A stretch of 57,996 bases of DNA, counting the filler, from Sphacelaria rigidula (Eukaryota): assembly GCA_964200075.2 (NCBI GenBank). It is 2 parts of 2 records of this genome, joined end to end, with 100 filler letters (N's around TTAATTAATTAA, not from the genome) between each part and the next. Parts side by side here need not be neighbours in the genome. Positions count along the whole stretch, not along the records: positions 29,073 to 57,996 come from CAXNAA020000092.1; 1 more part is not named here. One strand, given 5' to 3'. Every line of letters begins with the position of its first letter. The stretch's first letter is position 1. The translations under genes were made by a program, and so were the position numbers. The notes under the pieces were generated by a model. The model worked only from the letters and a program-made list of their open reading frames with translations. It was not told the origin of the DNA and ran no database searches. Shown piece by piece: positions 50,808 to 57,996 of the stretch.

Positions 50808-52868
50808 TACTCCATCCACGGAGAACCAGACATGACAACATTGATCCTATGTTCGATCAATTTTGTCCCGCCATAACCTCACGGACACGGGTTTCTCCTC
50901 AATGTGTTTCTACTCCATCCACGGAGAACCAGCATGACAAAATCGATCCAAGTTCGATCAATATCGTTATGCCATAATCTCACGGACACGGGATTCTTCT
51001 CAGAGTATTTCTACTCCATCCACGGAGAATCAGACACCACAAAATTGATTTTTAATGTTATTTCGTTTGCCATCCAACAATTGCAGATTCAATCAATACA
51101 ACACAACAACCATGTCTGCTTTGATACCTCCGTACTTTTACCGCCCTTTCATGACACAACAACCAAACATACATAGTATATGCATGCGTCCAAGAACGAC
51201 CTGACATCGCCGAGAACAGAGAACAAAGGTGGATTCTCCCCATCTCCCCCATCTCGAGCTATCTACGTACTTCGAAGTTGTTTATGAACTAGACCTAGAT
51301 ATCCAACGCTTCGTGTTGACATGAGATGATATTTTGAAAATACAAAGACACAAGTTTTCATGTCACCAGCAAAGAAATGAATGACAAAGAACAAAACGAC
51401 ATAACCAATTAACACACAACAACGATCAAACTATGTGACATACACCAAATTGATCCTAGCTCGATCATTTTCGTCACGCCATAATCTCACGGACACGGGA
51501 TTCTTCTGGGAGTGCTTCTACTCCATTCACCGCGAACCAAACATGACAAAATTGATCCTAGTTCGATCAATTTTGTCACGCCAGAATCTCACGGACATGG
51601 CATTCTTCTCAGAGTATTTCTACTCCATCCACGGAAACCAGACATGACAAAAGTATGTACGTTAACAAGACTTAGATATCCCACGCTTCGTGTGCATGAT
51701 ATTTTGGAAATACATATACATAAATCTTTCTCACAAAGAAATGAATGAAAAAGAAGAAAACGACACAACTAACCGACACACAACAATCAAACTGTGTGAC
51801 ATACACCTAATTGATCCTAGTTCGATCAATATCGTCGCGCCATAATCTAACGGACACGGGATTCTTCTGAGAGTGCTTCTACTCCATCCGCGGAGAACCA
51901 GACACGACAAAATTGATCCTCAGGCTGAGGCACCCCCCTTTCAAGCCCATGCCCTACCCCCCATCCGCCACTGCAACACCCCGGCCCTACTTCCTTGTCA
52001 CCTGCAACTGCAAGGGCCAAACCCTCCCCCCTCGGCACTCCCGACAACGTCTCGAACAGAAGTCCGCTTTCCACCGAAGTGGTTAGATTAAAGCTGCCGC
52101 GCGCATATTTTAGCGCGTAAAAGTCTGTGCGGCATTGCTGATCGATACTGCCACCGGGTACACCAAGAGGAAAACGCCCGCCGTCTCGCTCAATCTAATG
52201 CACCCCCGTGACCCGTCCTTCCTCCCGACAACAGCCACTACAATTCCATGTGCCGACTGCACCGGCGAGAATTGTTCCGCCCAACAACGCGAGAACAATC
52301 AAGAACAACTTAGGGTTTACCACGTGCATATGGGTGTCGCCGCCGTACTTCTGAAGCTTTCTCCTCCACAGCCGTCTTTGTTGTCCCCCCAGCTGGCATT
52401 GCGCCCGTGAAGACATTCTTCCCTGCTGTCCTCTCAGCTGATATTGCGCCAGCGACGACACCATCCCTGCCTGCTGTCCTCCCCACACACCCTATTGCTG
52501 TCCCCCCAGCTGGTGCTGCGTCACCGGCGGCACTCCTCCCTGCTGTCCTCCCAACTGGTATTGCGCCAGCGATGACACTCCTCCTTGATGTTCTCCTAGC
52601 TGGTATTGCGGCAGCGACGACACTCCTCCCTCTTGCGCTCCCCACGTCCCTCCTTGCTCAACTGGTGTTGCTCCAGTGACGACACCCTTCCTTGCTGCCT
52701 TCCCCACATCTCCCTTTGCTGTCCTCCCAACTGGTATTGCGGCAGCGACGCCACTCCTCCTTGACTCCTTCTTGCTGTCCTCCCAACCGGTGTTGCTCCA
52801 GCGATGATGTCCCTCCTTCCTTTCCTCCCAAATGGTATTGCCCATGGGGCGACATCCCTCCCTGCTAC

Positions 52869-52907
<39 letters not shown>

Positions 52908-54542
52908 CCTCCTCTGCTGTGGACTTGGCCCTTTCACAAACAAGGAATGAACGAAAAAGAACAAGACGACACAACCAACCAACACACAACAACGATCAAA
53001 CTATGTGACATACACCAAATTGATCCTAGCTCGATCAATATCGCCAAGCCATAATCTCACGGACACGGGTTTCTCCTCAGAGTGCCTGTACACCATCCAC
53101 GACGAACCAGACATGACAAAATTGATCCTAGTTCGATCAATTTTTTCACGCTATAATCTCACGGACACGGGATTTTTCTCAGAGTATTTCTACTCCATCC
53201 ACGGAAACCAGACATGACAAAAGTATGTACGTTAAGTAGACCTGGATGTCCCACGCTTCGTGTTTCCATGACATGATATTTTGAAAATACATAGACTAGA
53301 CACAAATCTTCTCACAAACAAAGAAATCAACGAAAACGAACGAAGCGACATGACAAACCAGCACACAACAACAATCAAGCTATGTGACATACACCAAATT
53401 GATCCTAGTTCGATCAATATTGTCACGCCATAATCTCACGGACACGGGTTTCTTCTCAGAGTGCTTGTACTCCATCTACGGAGCACCAGATATGACAAAA
53501 TTGATCCTAGTTCGATCAATTTTGTCACGCCATAATCTCACGGACACGGGATTCTCCTCAGAGTGTTCTACTCCATCCACGGAAACCAGACATGACAAAA
53601 GTATGTATGTTAACTAGACCTAGGTATCCCACGCTTCGTGTTTTCATGACATGATATTTTGAAAATACATACACCCAAATCTTCTCACAAACAAAGAAAT
53701 CAACGAAAAGGAACAAGACGACACAACCAACCAACACACAACAACAATCAAACTATGTGACATACACCAAATTGATCCTAGTTCGATCAGAATCGTCACG
53801 CCATAATCTCACGGACACGGGATTCTTCTGAGAGTGCTTGTACTCCATCCACGGAGCACCAGACATGACAAACTTGATCCTAGTTCGATCATTTTGTCAC
53901 GCCATAATCTCACGGACACGGGTTTCTTCTCAAGAGTATTTCTACTCCATCCACGGAGAACCAGACACGACCAAATTGATTTTATTATTTTTCCGTTTTC
54001 CATCCGACAGTTGCAGAGTCAGTCAATACAATACAACAACCACGCCTGCTTTGATACCTCCGTACTTTTACCGCCCTTTTATGACACAACAACCAAACAT
54101 ATATATACATAAATGCATCCAACAACGACCTGACATCGCTGAGAACAGAGAACAACAGTACATTCTCCCCCATCTCCCCCATCTCGAGCTATCTACGTAC
54201 TTCGAAGAGGTATGTTAAATAGGTCTAGGTATCCCACGCTTCGTGTTTTCATAACATGATATTTTGAAATTTTTCATACACAAATCTTCTCACAAACAAA
54301 GAAACGAATGAAAAAGAACAAGACGACACACCCAACCAACACACAACAACAATCAAATTATGTGACATAACGCCATCATCTCACGGACACGGGATTCTTC
54401 GCAGAGTGCTTCTACTCCATCCACGGCGAACCAGACATGACAAAATTGATCCTAGTTCGATCAATCTTGTCAAGCCATAACTCCACGACACGGGTTTCTT
54501 CTCAGAGTGTTTCTACTCCATCCACGGAGAACCAGGCATGAC
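50808..54542 (+). repeat. Higher-order tandem array containing 14-7-14 palindromes and A-rich linkers
   Basis: A ~100-bp unit, ACATGACAAAATTGATCCTAGTTCGATCAAT...CCATAATCTCACGGACACGGG...TACTCCATCCACGGA, alternates with ~180-bp linkers. A larger block at about 51040-51430 recurs at about 53970-54360. Confidence 0.93.
51921..52932 (-). other. Foreign GC-rich segment interrupting the array, with degenerate ~45-bp repeats and (CTG)12
   Basis: Abrupt composition change; the minus strand reads GGVSSLxQYQLGGQQ repeats and poly-Ser/Ala. Confidence 0.7.
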
Positions 54543-55300
54543 GTGTCGTGAGAGCGGAAACTCCGCCAAGATCATTGTGGCAGATCGGTTTGGTCTAATC
54601 TTGACATGACAAGCACGTGGCTCGGCTCTGTGCGTCCGTCTGATCCGATCGGATTCGGGTAGCGCTCACGATTCTGCCAATGACCAAGTCAAATAAACCA
54701 AATACAGTATGGAAGACACGATTGTATCGTGAGAGTAGTCAGTCTCACGACATCCTTCCCAATGACCAAAGTGAAAAAATACAAATTCCAAGTACCGTTT
54801 GGAAGACACCATTTGTCGTGAGAGCATCCAGTCTACCACCATCCTCCCTCATGACCAAGTCAAATATACCAACAGCATAGGAGATAGCATTGTGTCGTGA
54901 TAGCGGAAAGTCCGCCTAGACCTTTGTGGCAGATTGGTGTTGTCCGAGTTTGGCATTACAAGCATGGCTCAGCGGTGACCATGCATTTCCGACCCCATTC
55001 GGACCGCGCTCAAGGTTCTGCCGATAATCAAGCCAAAAAAACCAATACGTCGCGAGAGCTGAAAGTCCGCCAAGACCTTTGTGGCAGATCGGTTTTTTCG
55101 GATCTTGACATGACAAGCACGTGGCTCAGCTGTGTACGCATCCGTCTGATCTGATCGAATTCGGGCAGCGCTCACGGCTCTGCCGATGACCAAGTCAAAT
55201 ATACCAAGTACAGTATGGAAGACACGATTGTGTCGTGAGAGCAGTCAATCTAACGACATCCTTCCCGATGACCAAGTCAAAAATAAAAATTCCAGTAGGG
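54543..55300 (+). repeat. Local duplications (about 54545-54790 vs 55050-55295, plus partial copies)
   Basis: TCCGCCAAGA...TGTGGCAGATCGG...ATGACCAAGTCAAATA...GTATGGAAGACACGATTG occurs twice. Confidence 0.85.
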
Positions 55301-56200
55301 ATAGCCACTCGTTTAGTCGTGAGAGCGTTCCTTGCGGAAAGTGCAGCGTCGGCGTGGACCACGAAGCGTACACGCCCGACAAGCCCTTGAACAAAAACAA
55401 AAAGTTGCGGGCTCGAATAAATCGTGTAAACATTTTCAGGGTGGCGTGCAGATTTGATCACTTCTCCAAACATTTCCCTCGCATCATGAAGTTAGCCAAA
55501 TCCGGTGCCTCGTCTTCAATCAAGAAAATCTCGAAAAACAATCATGCTCTCCTACAAAAACTAAACAAGAAGTCACCAACGCATCGATTCAGCCGTCCCC
55601 ATGCTGAGACTGAAAATGTCCCGAAGTATGCTGGTGGAGAGAATACTGCCGCGTTCTTCGACAACTTCAAATATGTCCATGCCAAGGATACGGACTCATA
55701 TGGCAAAGCCACGACCCGTTCATAGTACGAATGGTGCAGGAGGGAGCACGCCAACATCCAACCGTCGGTCCGCACATCTGTTCGGAAAGTAGCGCCGGCA
55801 GTCGATTATCAGCATGCGCTCCTGATCACACTTTCTGAGCAATGTACATCTCGCAATCGTGTCCAGTCCCTGCTGAGGCATATCATGTAGGCGGGAACAT
55901 AAGGCTTCAAGGACAGAGCTGGATCCACGATAGACTTTATATCCCCATAGTCGCATGGACGAACGTAGCCGCCATTGTTTTTGCGGGCGCCGAGAGCCAA
56001 ATGGGTGACATAGTGGTATGCTGGAGCTGTTGCTAGTGTGATGATCGCAAAATACCGTCCTCTTGCGCAAGGCTTCAAGGACAGACCTGGATCCATGCCG
56101 AGAGCGAAGTAGGTGACCTACAGGTATGCTGGAGCTATTGCTAGAATGATGATCGCTAAGAACATTCTCTTGCGGTCAAGCTCCTCCTTTGGATCAGGCT
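55300..56200 (+). pseudogene. Possible decayed orphan ORF
   Basis: A Lys-rich reading frame to 55725 continues with stops and contains a small internal duplication (AAGGCTTCAAGGACAGA.CTGGATCCA x2). Confidence 0.25.
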
Positions 56201-57377
56201 TCCTTTTTCAAAGGACCAAAGTTCTCCGGCTTGAAGAATATCTATTGCTTTGTCTCCTATAGAAGATTGCCACTACGTTGTATGCAGCTGGACTATAAAA
56301 ATTTACTTTTCTGAGCGCTACCCCGGTCTGCTCTTGTGTACCCATACCCGACACTAACAGCGACCCGACCCCTGTTGCAGTACAATACAAACGGCTGAAC
56401 AACGCATGCGCTCCAATACCATGAAACAGTAGCAGTCTTGCTGTAGCTTGTGGAAATCCTAGCGCGCTGGGTGACCAAGAGGCGCAGGCTGTTTTAAAAG
56501 GCACAAATGGAGACTGTCCGCAACAGCTTGACCAAAGCACACGACCAATAAATCGCTACACTCGACGTCCCTTTCGAACCTAGCGTAGACAAGGAACCGG
56601 AGTTTTGATGTCTCACCAAGAATCGCTGCCTTGCCTTTCCGATGCCACGCCCTCAAGACCCCCGAAGCTCCGATTACCACCCCCCCGTCGTCGTGTCCCA
56701 CTCTGACTGGTATAGTTTAGGTTGCGCAGGGCCGGGGCATTTCTCCCCCGAAAACCAGACGCTCAGCGAACTGGTTCCGAACGTCTTTGTTTTGAATATT
56801 GTTGGGAAAAGTTGCAACGTTTGGAAATGAAATCATATGAAGCTAGTTGGGACCCGTTCACAATCGACCCGATTCAGAGTTTTTGTTTTACCCAAGTCGA
56901 TCGCTTCCTGTAGGCCCACCGCCCCTATATTTTGGAGAGAATGACGAAGGAATGCATCCCAAGCCAGTCACCTAGCAAGGGCCTACCTTACTCTCCACCC
57001 GTCACCAGACAGCTAAAATGGGTGGGTTATGCCGGGTCGACACGTCCCAAATCTATTTAGTTACAATACTTTTAGACGGCAGTTCGAATGTTGGTTTTCC
57101 AACACTACAGTACACTCCCGTACAACTTTAACTCCACCACCACTGCTCCATCGAAGAGCATCTTGTAGGTTGCGACGTCTCTAGTTTACGTGGTAAGTCT
57201 CGCAGCCGTTTCACACGCTTGAACGTAAGCGCAAAAACAGGCAGCGGAGGCGGAAGACGCACGATCTTCCAATACGGCTCCTGTGATCGGTTTATCTCCT
57301 CCGCTGTGTGTCTCGCTTCAACCTGTTCATATGGAGAATGTTACCGTGCAACGTCGTGGAAGTCCTCAAATTATTAC

Positions 57378-57440
57378 GGTGCTCCAGGTACTCGAACCCG
57401 TGCTCTTTGGGTAAGCCCGTCAAACCAAGCAGCCACCGAT
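57378..57440 (-). mobile_element. Possible tRNA-derived SINE head
   Basis: The minus strand has box-A-like TGGCTGCTTGG and box-B-like GGTTCGAGTAC at tRNA-like spacing; there is no full cloverleaf. Confidence 0.3.
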
Positions 57441-57996
57441 GAGATAGGGTAGGCTGAGAACTTCCCGGCTTTTTGCACCATTGGGCACGAGTACCAGTTG
57501 AATCATATCGGTCGGCGTAGACTGACTTCCCTCCCTTGTGTTCTGTCGAACACGAGGAAGGACGGAACGTCTTCCGTTTCATGAGGAGTGACGTCTCCGA
57601 GGTGGACGACAGCACATTTGTACACAAACGCGATAATGTTTTGCCTTGTCTGGTGCCTGGACTGTTTGTTGACGTCCGCCCCTTAACTTCTGCAAAACGA
57701 GAGTTGTCGTATCAACAACAAGGTGCACAGCGAGTCCATTCCAATGACCAAGTGTCTGCTAACCAAATATACAGCGGTTGGTGGCGGGGGTAGCAGTAGC
57801 ACTGGTGGTGATTCGAACAACAATTCAGACCAGGGCGCGGTACGGGGAACCGCCGGAAGTGGCAGCGGTCGGGACTCCAACAACAACTCAGACCAGAGCA
57901 CGGTACGGAAACCACAGAGTCATCCTACGATAGGGGGGGGGTATTTGCTTGCACGAAAAACGAGGCTCATAAGTGTGTCAGGTATCCTTCCACACT

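Overview
Eukaryotic DNA, most likely brown algal (Ectocarpus-like, inferred from intron structure and repeat types). A 100-nt assembly gap at 28973-29072 splits it into two halves. The left half holds a 14-exon P-type PPR gene (+, 7574-24686, 1022 aa reconstructed, 5' end not found) with one GC-AG intron. Its 10.4-kb last intron contains nested non-LTR retrotransposon remnants (RLE/CRE-type, a degenerate RT, RTE-like) and an intact hAT MITE; further MITEs and satellites flank the gene. The right half is an unusual accessory region in which intron-poor orphan ORFs and pseudogenes alternate with unrelated tandem arrays. The ORFs include a 447-aa coiled-coil protein, a Zn-finger + JmjC-like gene, a giant-virus-type ankyrin pseudogene and a small RING-like ORF. 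Two signals stand out. (1) A 14-unit array in which each unit carries an ATG mini-exon and GT donor that is phase-compatible with the single acceptor of the 447-aa ORF. (2) An array of 14-7-14 palindromes resembling tyrosine-recombinase sites, with one copy broken inside its spacer by foreign DNA. Functional readings are inferences; no database searches were run.
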